Positions 18,284-27,188 of a stretch of DNA of 62,853 bases are shown here, in pieces. This DNA is from an uncultured Gammaproteobacteria bacterium (lineage in GTDB: Bacteria > Patescibacteriota > Microgenomatia > UBA10105 > UBA927), in NCBI GenBank assembly GCA_964515515.1, contig CAZERT010000001.1, positions 1 to 62,853 of the forward strand. The letters are read 5' to 3'. The notes below the pieces were generated by a model. The model made no database searches. It worked only from the letters and a program-made list of their open reading frames with translations, and was not told where the DNA came from. The position numbers were made by a program, and so were the translations under genes. Within the stretch, counting starts at the first letter, position 1, and every line of letters begins with the position of its first letter.

Positions 18284-19288
18284 TTAGTTGGTTTTTTGTT
18301 TTGTAATACGCGAAAATATCCAGGTAATGCTTATGGCAACAAGAATTGAAAATAGCACGCCAAAGGGTACCGGTAAGTGGGGAAAAAGTGATTGTGTGCC
18401 GTCAAGGACAATCCAGTGGACAAAAAGAAGCGAATAGGAATGTCGTGCCAGAAAACGAATGATTGCCGTTAATTGGTGATGGAGCGGGGTGGAAGAAAAA
18501 AGAATGATAAGGAACGCATTAACTCCAAATCCATAGGAAAAATAGAACAGGTCGGGAGGATATTTGTGTGACGTAAGTGTGAGAGGTAAACGGTTGGACG
18601 AAAGGAGCATATACAAGACTGCGTGAAGCACGAGAAAGCTTATTCCCAGAAAAGCAAGCGCCCGTTTTGTTTTTGGCTTTAAAAATTGGATATGCCCACT
18701 TGCGCCACCCGCAAGATACGGGATGCTCCAGAATATCCACGCCGTAAATCGTGATGAGGTGGAGGGCAAAGGGAATACTCCCTGCAGGAGCGAAAGAAAA
18801 AAGAGGAGAAAAAATGCCGCAACCATTCGTTTTTTATTTTGAAGAACATACAAATATACGGGTGTTAATAGGGTCAATTCCAAAAAAAGAACAGGCAGCC
18901 ATCCCATAGATGTCCCTCCAAATAATGTTAGGGAAGAGGTGATAAATGGAAGTGTGGGTCGGAAATCCTGACCGGTAAATATGTGGGGAAAGAGGTATGT
19001 AAGCAACCAATATCCAACAATATACAGGGCAAACGGAGCGTAGAGTCTGGAAAATCGTTTTAGCATCCACCAAATTACAGGTTTGTTTGTTTTTGCGTAC
19101 CGAGCATAACTGGCAATCGTTCCGTATCCTGAGCAAAATACGAAGGCGACTACGGAGAAATGAAGATAGTTCCAGAGGATGTTGATGTGGGATGGACCCA
19201 AAAATGGGACAAGAGAGTGGGTGATCAGGACAACAAGGATGGAAAAAGCCCTGAGTGTATCAATGAGTGGATTTTTATCGGACTTCAT
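18284..19288 (-). CDS. Acyltransferase family 3 (membrane O-acyltransferase)
   Basis: LIDTLRAFSILVVLITHS, with about 10 TM helices. Confidence 0.8.
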   Translation of the reverse strand: MKSDKNPLIDTLRAFSILVVLITHSLVPFLGPSHINILWNYLHFSVVAFVFCSGYGTIASYARYAKTNKPVIWWMLKRFSRLYAPFALYIVGYWLLTYLFPHIFTGQDFRPTLPFITSSLTLFGGTSMGWLPVLFLELTLLTPVYLYVLQNKKRMVAAFFLLFFLSLLQGVFPLPSTSSRFTAWIFWSIPYLAGGASGHIQFLKPKTKRALAFLGISFLVLHAVLYMLLSSNRLPLTLTSHKYPPDLFYFSYGFGVNAFLIILFSSTPLHHQLTAIIRFLARHSYSLLFVHWIVLDGTQSLFPHLPVPFGVLFSILVAISITWIFSRITKQKTN

Positions 19289-19352
19289 AGGTGTGTTGTG
19301 TATTCAAAACACTAAGATGTTATTGGTGATGTGATGATTATATAGAGTTCTA

Positions 19353-19361
19353 TGATATAAT
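19353..19361 (+). promoter_or_regulatory. Extended -10 element (TGaTATAAT)
   Basis: TG at 19353-54 and a perfect TATAAT at 19356-61. Only a weak -35 is present. Confidence 0.35.
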
Positions 19362-19498
19362 ACCCCCTACTATGAAACCTATGGGTATTTGGTGTTCCCA
19401 TCATTGCCGCCGAAAGCATGCGGAGGTAATTACGTGGGATACTAGATAACCAAATTCAAATAGCGTCGTCACGGAAACCTCCGCAAGGAGGTTTTTTT
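19362..19498 (+). ncRNA. Riboswitch-like 5' leader (class not recognised) with a terminator/antiterminator
   Basis: The leader runs about 130 nt between the putative promoter and the start codon. gcggaggt (19420-27) is perfectly complementary to acctccgc (19477-84), which lies inside the terminator's 5' arm. Confidence 0.45.
19475..19498 (+). terminator. Intrinsic terminator within the leader
   Basis: AAACCTCC-gcaa-GGAGGTTT followed by a T-run. It lies upstream of a co-directional operon and has no upstream plus-strand gene to terminate. Confidence 0.7.
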
Positions 19499-19526
19499 GT
19501 GGGAAAAAAATGAAAAAGAGGTGTAT

Positions 19527-20186
19527 ATGAATGTAGAAAATTATACAGGCAGAAAAGAAAATCCGAATTTAAAAGGCATATCGTGTGTCGTATTGGACAT
19601 GGACGGAACGCTCTATCGTTTTACGGGCGGGGCAGTGCGATTTAGCGATTCAAAACTCAAAAACGTAATGCTTTCAAATGCGTATCAATTTATTCGTGAT
19701 AGGGAGAAAACGGAAGAGGGAGCGCAGGAAATATTTACAAGAGGGATTGAGGATGAAGTCGGCCTTTCGCGGGTATGTGCCACCCGCTATGGGATTACCA
19801 GAGGAGAATATTTTTCCGTTGTCTGGAACATTAATCCTTTCGGACTTATTGAGTCCGAACAGGGATTGAAAACCGCATTGGAAGCTATTGTCAGTCGGGG
19901 AATAGACCTTCGTTTGGTGACAAGTGCGCCAAAAATTTGGCAAGAGAATGTCTGTATGTATTTAGGGATTCGGGACATTTTTACCGAGGTGATTACGGCA
20001 GAAGCATTTTTAACAAAGAAGGAGGTATTTTCCTTTTTGGCAACTATGTATGAGCCACGTGCCATGTTGTCTCTTTGGGATCAATTTGAAACCGATATTG
20101 CACCAGCTCTGGCACTTGGTATGAATGGTATTTGTGTATCAGGGCCAAAACAACTTATTGAAATAGTACAAGGAGGAAATATATGA
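19527..20186 (+). CDS. HAD-superfamily hydrolase (nucleotidase-like)
   Basis: DxDxT motif in VVLDMDGTLY. The SD is aaagagg. The ATG at 19527 is preferred over the GTG at 19497. Confidence 0.8.
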   Translation: MNVENYTGRKENPNLKGISCVVLDMDGTLYRFTGGAVRFSDSKLKNVMLSNAYQFIRDREKTEEGAQEIFTRGIEDEVGLSRVCATRYGITRGEYFSVVWNINPFGLIESEQGLKTALEAIVSRGIDLRLVTSAPKIWQENVCMYLGIRDIFTEVITAEAFLTKKEVFSFLATMYEPRAMLSLWDQFETDIAPALALGMNGICVSGPKQLIEIVQGGNI

Positions 20187-21121
20187 AAATTCAAACTCGT
20201 ATACCAATGATTATTGATACCGATCCGGGACACGATGATGCTTTGGCACTCTGGTTGCTTGCTGCATCTGCGCGTATTGATATCCGCGCTGTTACAACTG
20301 TTGCCGGAAACGGGGCAATATCCGATGTTACAAATAACGCGCGTTTTATCTTGGATTTTGCGCAAAATCCAGCTCCGATTTATTCCGGAGCGGATCGCCC
20401 GCTGAAGCGCAAACTTATCCGTGCGGTGGTTCACGGTGAAAACGCCTTAGCGGGGGTTACGATTACCAAAAAAGAACCGCTCACAAGGGATGCGCCAGAG
20501 CAAATTATCCGTTTCATTCGGGAGAACCCGGGGAAAATTACAATTTTATCATTGGGACCGCAAACGAATATTGCACGGGCATTCTTGCGTGATCCACAGC
20601 TGCCCAGATTGGTAAAACAGATTGTGATGATGGCGGGAGCCATAGAGGTTCCGGGAAATAAAAACAGGGTAGCGGAATTTAATGTTTTCGTGGATCCGGA
20701 AGCGGCAGCAATAGTGTTTGATGCTCCTGTTAAAAAAGTCATGATACCGCTTGACGTATGCAATATGATTGCGCTTCGCATGTCCGATTTTGATGCATTA
20801 AAAGCGTCGTCGTGTTATCGGGTTGTCTCATCGATGATGCAACAATATATTCGGGGTATTAAGGAAAATGAAAAAACAGATGGCGCATTAATGTATGACG
20901 TACTGGCTGCCTATTACTGTTTGTGTAAAACAGCATTCAAAACGAAACTCATGGATGTGCGTGTTGAAACACGCGGAATCTATACCCGAGGTATGACAGT
21001 AGCAGACAGGAGAATATGGGGAGAGCAGTCAAACAATGTTGATGTGGCAATTTCAATATCGAAAAAACGGTTCCTAAACGACTTCTTTCGATTAATGCGA
21101 AAGGGCACCTATGCAAAATAA
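20183..21121 (+). CDS. Nucleoside hydrolase (IUNH family)
   Basis: The signature is IIDTDPGHDDALAL. It has an ATGA overlap with the HAD gene. Confidence 0.9.
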   Translation: MKIQTRIPMIIDTDPGHDDALALWLLAASARIDIRAVTTVAGNGAISDVTNNARFILDFAQNPAPIYSGADRPLKRKLIRAVVHGENALAGVTITKKEPLTRDAPEQIIRFIRENPGKITILSLGPQTNIARAFLRDPQLPRLVKQIVMMAGAIEVPGNKNRVAEFNVFVDPEAAAIVFDAPVKKVMIPLDVCNMIALRMSDFDALKASSCYRVVSSMMQQYIRGIKENEKTDGALMYDVLAAYYCLCKTAFKTKLMDVRVETRGIYTRGMTVADRRIWGEQSNNVDVAISISKKRFLNDFFRLMRKGTYAK

Positions 21122-21268
21122 TGGTTGTGGAATAAATCAAACACATAGCACTCCGGTTCCGAAAAGAGGCCGGATGTGTTGGAATGCCATGATGTAGAGC
21201 AATACGTTCGCCCCCTTTCCGGAATTGTAAGGGATGAAAACGGGAAGGAGAAAGGGGGTGAGGAGTAT

Positions 21269-22174
21269 ATGGAAAGAGAGTCACGTGGAATTGGAAAAGA
21301 ACAAGAGAAAAATACAGTGCCATATGTTATATCCGGTGATTTGCCGATCGTGTTAGGTGAATGGGCTCGTGAACGCTCGTTTACATTACCAAGCATGGAA
21401 TCCATTAACGAATTACGGTCTACGTTTCTTGGTTTTATGCAAAGTATTTTTTCGCCTGTTGAATTTGTCGGCGAGCAGGAGCTAATAAATGGTATGAATT
21501 CGGCAATAGAAAGCCAGGGATTTCCCATAATCAGCATGGATCCTGTATACGTACGGGGGACGTATCAGTTGTCAATGTCCCGGATGGTAGATGGTGATTT
21601 TACATCAATGGGTTTGTTTCGAAGGGAAAACGCACCGTATCTTTTAACACAATTGCGTATGCTTCAAAAAGAGAACTTGAAACAAGCATGTCTTGTGGAT
21701 GACGTTATCTTTGAAGGAAACGGAGGAGTTCGTGTTATCGAGGCATTGAAAAAAATTGGGATAACCATACCGGTTATGATTGCGGGAATTGCAATTTCCC
21801 AAGGGAAAGAAAATATTGAAAACAATGGAACAAAGGTTTTTGCGGTACGGACATATCCATCCGTTATTGACGAGATATGTGAACGTGATTTTTGGCCTGG
21901 AGTGAATTTAGCTGGTCGTGGTGTACAAATGCAGGACGGACAAGTTGTTGGGGCGCCTTATGTTGCACCATTTGGAAATCCCGATTGGGCAAGCATTCCG
22001 GATGATCAAAAAGAACGTTTTTCACGGTTTTGTATTTCCCAGTCGATTGCGCTTTTTACACTCATCGAACAAGCAAATAATCGACCAATTTTTGTGGAGG
22101 ACTTACGCCGGCAGGTGTTATTTGCACGGAAACCGGGAGCACGGTTTATTGATGAACTGCAAAAATATTTATAA
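21269..22174 (+). CDS. PRTase-like protein with a divergent PRPP loop
   Basis: ACLVDDVIFEGNGGV resembles the acidic PRPP-binding loop of type I PRTases. The start was trimmed to the ATG at 21269, which follows aagggggtgaggag. Confidence 0.6.
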   Translation: MERESRGIGKEQEKNTVPYVISGDLPIVLGEWARERSFTLPSMESINELRSTFLGFMQSIFSPVEFVGEQELINGMNSAIESQGFPIISMDPVYVRGTYQLSMSRMVDGDFTSMGLFRRENAPYLLTQLRMLQKENLKQACLVDDVIFEGNGGVRVIEALKKIGITIPVMIAGIAISQGKENIENNGTKVFAVRTYPSVIDEICERDFWPGVNLAGRGVQMQDGQVVGAPYVAPFGNPDWASIPDDQKERFSRFCISQSIALFTLIEQANNRPIFVEDLRRQVLFARKPGARFIDELQKYL

Positions 22175-22211
22175 AACATATTTCGGCGCCTACCCTTACG
22201 GGCGCCGAAAA

Positions 22212-22796
22212 ATGGAAAAGAATGTAAATATTTGGTACCATACAGATAAAGCGTTTGGTATGGCAGTTCCAAAACTCCTGATAGGATTTTTTCTTTTATG
22301 TGCCGTGGCGTTTGGTACATATTCCTTGTATTCTTCAAAAAATAAGCAGATACCATCAGGTTCTCTATCTCTTCAGGAGAACACAGTGCCATCGGATTCC
22401 AAGTCCGTAATAACAGATCAGCCTGCCGTTCCAAAACCAATGGAAGAAGATGTGATTTCGTTATTTTTTTCACTGATACAGGAGAAAAAAATTTCCGATG
22501 CAATCACGCTCCTGACTTCCAAAAATATTACTACGGATTCAGATAGGCAGGCATGGGGAGTGCAGCTGAATGCCCTCAAATCCGTGAAAATTGTTTCAAT
22601 GACTCCTTGGAAGAAAGAGAATTGGATACAAGGGCAACGGCAGTATAAGGTTATCGTTTCAGTGACACTTGATCCTTCATCCGCGTCCAGCGCAATTCCA
22701 TATTTTGGGTGGCAGGAACCGGAATCGGAAAAATGGATAACGATTACAGTGGAAGATGGTGTCTGGAAAATCGATTCCATAGCATCCGGTCCGTAA
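22212..22796 (+). CDS. Membrane-anchored hypothetical protein
   Basis: It has an N-terminal TM helix (LLIGFFLLCAVAFGTYSLY) and a small beta-rich ectodomain. Confidence 0.55.
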   Translation: MEKNVNIWYHTDKAFGMAVPKLLIGFFLLCAVAFGTYSLYSSKNKQIPSGSLSLQENTVPSDSKSVITDQPAVPKPMEEDVISLFFSLIQEKKISDAITLLTSKNITTDSDRQAWGVQLNALKSVKIVSMTPWKKENWIQGQRQYKVIVSVTLDPSSASSAIPYFGWQEPESEKWITITVEDGVWKIDSIASGP

Positions 22797-22810
22797 GGAA
22801 CACAGGACAT

Positions 22811-25800
22811 ATGAAACGCTTGCTTGTCATATTTGTTTCGCTCCTGCTTTCATATTTTTTTCTGCCTCATTCTTCCGTTGTTGCCCAAACTCCATCCCCA
22901 AATCCCTCCGACTATCAACAGCTTCGCTGTTATTCGGAGTGTGCGGCATATAAATTTGGGTGGAAAGGGGATTATTGTTGGGATACCTTTCAACAAGTAT
23001 GTTCCATAAGCCCGAAAGATGCCGTATCAAATCTCAAAAAACTTGTGAAGGGTATCCGTGATGGATTTATGACGGGCAAGCTTACCCAAATTGTTGATGT
23101 TTCATATGTATTTAAGGCATGGTTTGTCTGCAAACCGCTTATCGAAGATTGTATTGCTCTGGAGTTGCAAAAATGCGATACAACATGCAAAGCAAGCCCC
23201 ACATATTATGCGGCAAATCTTAGCGTTGGGAATCCGTTTTACAATATTTTACACGGACTGTATTACGATCAATCCCGGCATACTGTCCGCATGCGTGTGG
23301 TAAATAATGGGTTGGGGTATGCATGGGATATTCCGGTTCTGCTTGAATGGGGGCATACCCCAAATAGGGATGGAAAAATTACCTCCTGGCAAAAAATGCA
23401 CGAAGGGACGATTCCGGAGTTATTGTTTTTTGGTTCACGCCAAGCTACACCGAAAACGGTCGGGGATTATGTAACGGACTTTCTGATTGATGAAAGTAAT
23501 TTCAGCTCCTTCCTTTCCCGATTTAAAAGCGATGCGGATTTTGTCTATATTCCGCCTGCCTGGGAATTTCAGGTGCCGTTTTATCCCGTCAACGGGGAGT
23601 TAAACAGACTGAAGTTTACCGTTGATCCCGGCAATACGATTCCGGAATCAAACGAAGCGGATAATACCTATATTCTTGATATTGATGATCGTCCGACTCC
23701 GGCAACATTTAAGATACTGGCAGTTGATACTATCCGGCATGAAGGTTCCCTTACTGAGTATACGGTAAAAATCACGGTAAAAAATGACGGTGAGGAAACT
23801 GGAACCGCAACACTGCATTTTTTCTCCGATCAGGAGGGGGGAATTTCCCAAACCGATTCTTTGACTATTGCAGGCGGGCAAACCGGTATTTTTACGAAGG
23901 AACTTACGATTGATGTGTCCCAGGGGAATCCTGAGTGTTTCCGCTACAAAAAATTTATGGTGTCGATATCGGATGACGATGGAATTACCGTAGAACATGA
24001 TGTGCTTGTTCCCTACTACGCGGGATTGGTAAGTGGTAGAGTAACCAATAAAGCGGGAAAGGGAGTTGCAGGAGCAACAGTGCGCATCTCAACGGGGCAA
24101 CAAACGGTAACGCGGGACTCGGGATTGTATACGATTTCGGGCATCTCTTCCCTTGGGGATATTGTGGTTTCCGTTTCCCACCCGTCATATACCCAGCCGC
24201 AAACAAAAACACTTTCCCTATCACTGTCAGTTGATAGACATAAGGCATCATCGTGCAATGCAACTGGGTTATATCATCCGGGAGTGGATTTTACTCTTCG
24301 TGATCAACCAACGCGTCTTATTCTCCAGCTCCGTGATCCATTTGGAAATCCCGTGACTGGATCGGTAATGATCAGTGGTCCATCTGACACCTCATCCTAT
24401 GACGTGATTGGAGAAAAAATAATAGAAGAATCGGAAGTCGGAAATTTTACCATTACCGCATCTGCACCTGGATATGAGTCCGTTTATCTTCAGGCAGTGT
24501 TAACGCCACCGGAGCAGATTGTCCCTATTGTGTTGAAAAAACTACCCGGAAGACCAACCGATGAGGGATTTTCCATACACAAACCGAAGTTACTATGGGA
24601 ACTGTCCCTTCCGGTTGAAAGCAAGGTTGATGACATAGAGGGGTCCAAAAACGGAAATCTGTTGGTTGTCTATACCAGCAAGAATGCCCCCAATACCGGA
24701 ACGTTAACGTTTATAGATCCGAAAAATGGACACATCGAAAAACAGGTGTCCGTTCCGTCCACAAAAGGACAGCAACAGGTTGGACTTGATGTTTCCTATT
24801 CCGGAGGAACGGTTGGATTCATGGTAAATCCGGGGATTTTCGGAAAGACGGAACGTGATAGGATAGTGAAGGTTTTTGGAGCGGATGGTATAGAATTTGG
24901 ATCCGCAAATCTTAGCAGGCGCTCGTCTCCATACATGGCAGTATCTCCCGACGGTTTTTATCTGTATCCTAATGAACTTATGAATAAATCACTTCACATC
25001 TATTCCCGTAATGAAACGGAAGGGAAAGGAGGGGAAAGTCCACAGTCATATGCCAGATCGGAAGCAATAAAATTCACACGTAATCATACGGTGATTGCCG
25101 ATTGCAAGGGAATCCACTGCATCAAGACGCTTGCGGACACGGATATCACGGAAATCGGAAAATTATCTGCAGCATCGCGCGTCATTGATTTGGATTTTGA
25201 TGGACGCACTATCCTGTTCCGTACTGATAAAACGCTTGAGTTGTTTGGTTCTTCATCATGGAAAAAAGAACTAAAGCGCGACAGCGCATTTACCAGCGCA
25301 GCTCTTACGCCAGGAGGGGAGTATGCAATTGCCGCATATGGGGGAGGTTCAAATACGCATTTGACGTTAGGGGTGTTTACCAAAAGTGGACAGGATGTTA
25401 CTCCGGAGTATCCCTATAAGGATGTCCGGTATGTTGAAGCCAATGATCGCGGAATGTTTTTTACCCAGACCAACAGAAATACCATAGCATATTTCCAAAT
25501 CGGTTCTTATAAAACGCAGTATAAGCCGGAGACATCCTTAGAAACCACAGCGCAAACTACATCCGATATGCTTTCGTATGATCCTCTCAGTAAAACATTT
25601 ATTCCTCTTTACAGTGCGATTTCGTGGTATACGCTTTTTCCAAGCGCCACATATAAGGCAACAAAGGAAATAACGCTTTCGACATCTTGGGGAAAAATCA
25701 CCATCGGGAAAGATACGATTTTTTCCAAAAGCACCGCTGGTGAACCGATGCTTATAGAAGGATATATACGTATTGATGCGGACGCTCCCATAACGATGGT

Positions 25801-26194
25801 GATTTTGAAAAACAAATTGACGGATGTTTCCCTGATGGCGAAGCGTGTTCTAGAATATTGGCTCGGAAGGCTGTCATCCGATTCATTTATCGTCGTAAAA
25901 AATCTTCATACCAGATATACAGCAGAAAAAAACGATACGGATATCTCTGTCACGGCAGAGCAAGGAACAATTTCAGTCACATCATTGGAAAAAATTTCAA
26001 CTATTCCTGAAGGGTCAACTGCCTTTGTTGATGGAAACGGGATAGTTACGGTAAAGAAACAGGTCAGATGGAACCTGTGGATAGGCATGCTTCTGGGAGT
26101 GTTGTGCGGAGGCGGTATTCTTGTGGTTTTAATGAGAACGTTACAAAAAAGAAATAAAAAAGATCATAGAAAGAAGGAGGAATTATGCCGATGA
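22811..26194 (+). CDS. Giant surface protein (signal peptide, CARDB-like and carboxypeptidase-regulatory-like Ig domains, propeller-like region, C-terminal TM anchor)
   Basis: The signal peptide is MKRLLVIFVSLLLSYFFLPHSSVVAQ. The domain motifs are NESNEADNTY and GRVTNKAGKGVAGATVRIS. The C-terminus is a WIGMLLGVLCGGGILVVLM helix with a basic tail. Confidence 0.75.
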   Translation: MKRLLVIFVSLLLSYFFLPHSSVVAQTPSPNPSDYQQLRCYSECAAYKFGWKGDYCWDTFQQVCSISPKDAVSNLKKLVKGIRDGFMTGKLTQIVDVSYVFKAWFVCKPLIEDCIALELQKCDTTCKASPTYYAANLSVGNPFYNILHGLYYDQSRHTVRMRVVNNGLGYAWDIPVLLEWGHTPNRDGKITSWQKMHEGTIPELLFFGSRQATPKTVGDYVTDFLIDESNFSSFLSRFKSDADFVYIPPAWEFQVPFYPVNGELNRLKFTVDPGNTIPESNEADNTYILDIDDRPTPATFKILAVDTIRHEGSLTEYTVKITVKNDGEETGTATLHFFSDQEGGISQTDSLTIAGGQTGIFTKELTIDVSQGNPECFRYKKFMVSISDDDGITVEHDVLVPYYAGLVSGRVTNKAGKGVAGATVRISTGQQTVTRDSGLYTISGISSLGDIVVSVSHPSYTQPQTKTLSLSLSVDRHKASSCNATGLYHPGVDFTLRDQPTRLILQLRDPFGNPVTGSVMISGPSDTSSYDVIGEKIIEESEVGNFTITASAPGYESVYLQAVLTPPEQIVPIVLKKLPGRPTDEGFSIHKPKLLWELSLPVESKVDDIEGSKNGNLLVVYTSKNAPNTGTLTFIDPKNGHIEKQVSVPSTKGQQQVGLDVSYSGGTVGFMVNPGIFGKTERDRIVKVFGADGIEFGSANLSRRSSPYMAVSPDGFYLYPNELMNKSLHIYSRNETEGKGGESPQSYARSEAIKFTRNHTVIADCKGIHCIKTLADTDITEIGKLSAASRVIDLDFDGRTILFRTDKTLELFGSSSWKKELKRDSAFTSAALTPGGEYAIAAYGGGSNTHLTLGVFTKSGQDVTPEYPYKDVRYVEANDRGMFFTQTNRNTIAYFQIGSYKTQYKPETSLETTAQTTSDMLSYDPLSKTFIPLYSAISWYTLFPSATYKATKEITLSTSWGKITIGKDTIFSKSTAGEPMLIEGYIRIDADAPITMVILKNKLTDVSLMAKRVLEYWLGRLSSDSFIVVKNLHTRYTAEKNDTDISVTAEQGTISVTSLEKISTIPEGSTAFVDGNGIVTVKKQVRWNLWIGMLLGVLCGGGILVVLMRTLQKRNKKDHRKKEELCR

Positions 26195-26517
26195 AACTTG
26201 TTATATTTTTACCGCTTCTGGCTATTCTTATTCCGATGCTTCTTCTGGTTTTTGGATTTTTCTTTCTTATCGTAAAACTTATTCTTAATGCAAAAAAGGA
26301 TGCTTGGACAGGAACGGTTCTTGAAAAAGTCCATAATACAAAACGGGTTGAGCATAACAGATTCGAGCATTTTTATTATCTCGTTGTAGCACTCGATGGT
26401 GGGAAGGAACGGAAAATCGGGTTAAGTGCCAAGATGTTTGATGATTTTAAAAAGGGTGATCGGATAGAAAAAACAAAAGGGGAATTATATCCGAAAAAAA
26501 TTGAGGGGAAGGTATAG
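26185..26517 (+). CDS. Small single-pass membrane protein, hypothetical
   Basis: It overlaps the upstream gene by 10 nt and has an N-terminal TM helix. Confidence 0.55.
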   Translation: MPMKLVIFLPLLAILIPMLLLVFGFFFLIVKLILNAKKDAWTGTVLEKVHNTKRVEHNRFEHFYYLVVALDGGKERKIGLSAKMFDDFKKGDRIEKTKGELYPKKIEGKV

Positions 26518-26523
26518 AGGAGC

Positions 26524-26937
26524 ATGTCAAAAAAAAGTATTTTTGTAATCGTAAGTTGTGTGTGTATTGTGGGTTTTGCACTTGCCGGATATGGGCAAAA
26601 CAAGCCATCGAAAAAAACACTGGACACAATTCGTTCGGATGCAACGGACGTAAAATTTACCATTCCAAAAACAAAAGCGGCGTGTGAGGAAAAAGGGGGT
26701 GTATGGAAAAAAATCGGTATTGCGCCAGTTGCGTCATGCAATATACCCACGACAGATGCAGGCAAACAATGTGAAAGTTCCAAAGTTTGTGAAGGAGCGT
26801 GTATCGTTCCTGTTCCTTCCTCAGGCCTTCGTACAAAACCATTCCGTGCGACGGGAACATGCTCTTCTTGGGCAATAACGGTTGGCTGTTGGGGATTTGT
26901 TGCAAATGGGTGGGCAAGCGTCATGTGTATTGACTAA
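26524..26937 (+). CDS. Small Cys-rich secreted or anchored protein, hypothetical
   Basis: It has an N-terminal hydrophobic segment and 8 Cys residues in the mature part. Confidence 0.55.
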   Translation: MSKKSIFVIVSCVCIVGFALAGYGQNKPSKKTLDTIRSDATDVKFTIPKTKAACEEKGGVWKKIGIAPVASCNIPTTDAGKQCESSKVCEGACIVPVPSSGLRTKPFRATGTCSSWAITVGCWGFVANGWASVMCID

Positions 26938-26979
26938 ATACCGGTATGGTATTTTTCTTCCAAACATATTACGATAGAA

Positions 26980-27172
26980 GGTAGAAAGGTATGGAATAAG
27001 GAAATCCCGTGAAAATCGGGTGCTGTGCCGCAACTGTATTTCTTTGTGATAAAAGATAAGCCAGGAACTTGCCCATACATAAACATCCCGAGCAGGATCG
27101 TATCATTTCGGATTGCTTTTATTAGTACACCGGAATAGGATATCCCCTCGGAGACGTAGAGGGGTTTTTTAT
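26980..27172 (+). promoter_or_regulatory. Cobalamin riboswitch (OFF switch with intrinsic terminator)
   Basis: The core is AAUAAGGAAAUCCCGUGAAAAUCGGGUGCUGUGCCGCAACUGUA (26995-27038). The B12 box is AGCCAGGAACUUGCC (27059-73). The closing helix is gtatgg/ccatac. Confidence 0.8.
27144..27172 (+). terminator. Riboswitch expression-platform terminator
   Basis: CCCCTC-ggagacgta-GAGGGG followed by TTTTTT, about 18 nt before the ATG at 27189. Confidence 0.7.
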
Positions 27173-27188
27173 TGGGAGAAAAGCAAAT

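Noticed and set aside
19362-19474. An attempt to fit the salvage-operon leader to the purine/2'-dG riboswitch three-way junction. A UAUAAU motif is present at 19356-61.
   Set aside because: The possible P2 and P3 helices have the wrong lengths. The conserved loop and junction sequences (L2/L3, J2/3 UUUCUACC, J3/1 CCGACUA) are absent. The UAUAAU is better read as the -10 box. The leader is kept only as unclassified.
22182-22210. A 9-bp GC-rich stem-loop (ttcggcgcc...ggcgccgaa) between the PRTase-like gene and the next ORF, considered as a terminator.
   Set aside because: No T-run follows it on the plus strand (aaaaatgg follows) and the next ATG is 2 nt away. It may be a processing or stability element, but it cannot be called an intrinsic terminator.
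26937-26956. A short AT-rich hairpin (aatacc-ggtat-ggtatt) plus TTT after the Cys-rich ORF, considered as a terminator separating the surface module from the riboswitch.
   Set aside because: The stem is only 6 bp and AT-rich, with a short T-run. It is too weak to assert, so whether the riboswitch unit has its own promoter remains open.
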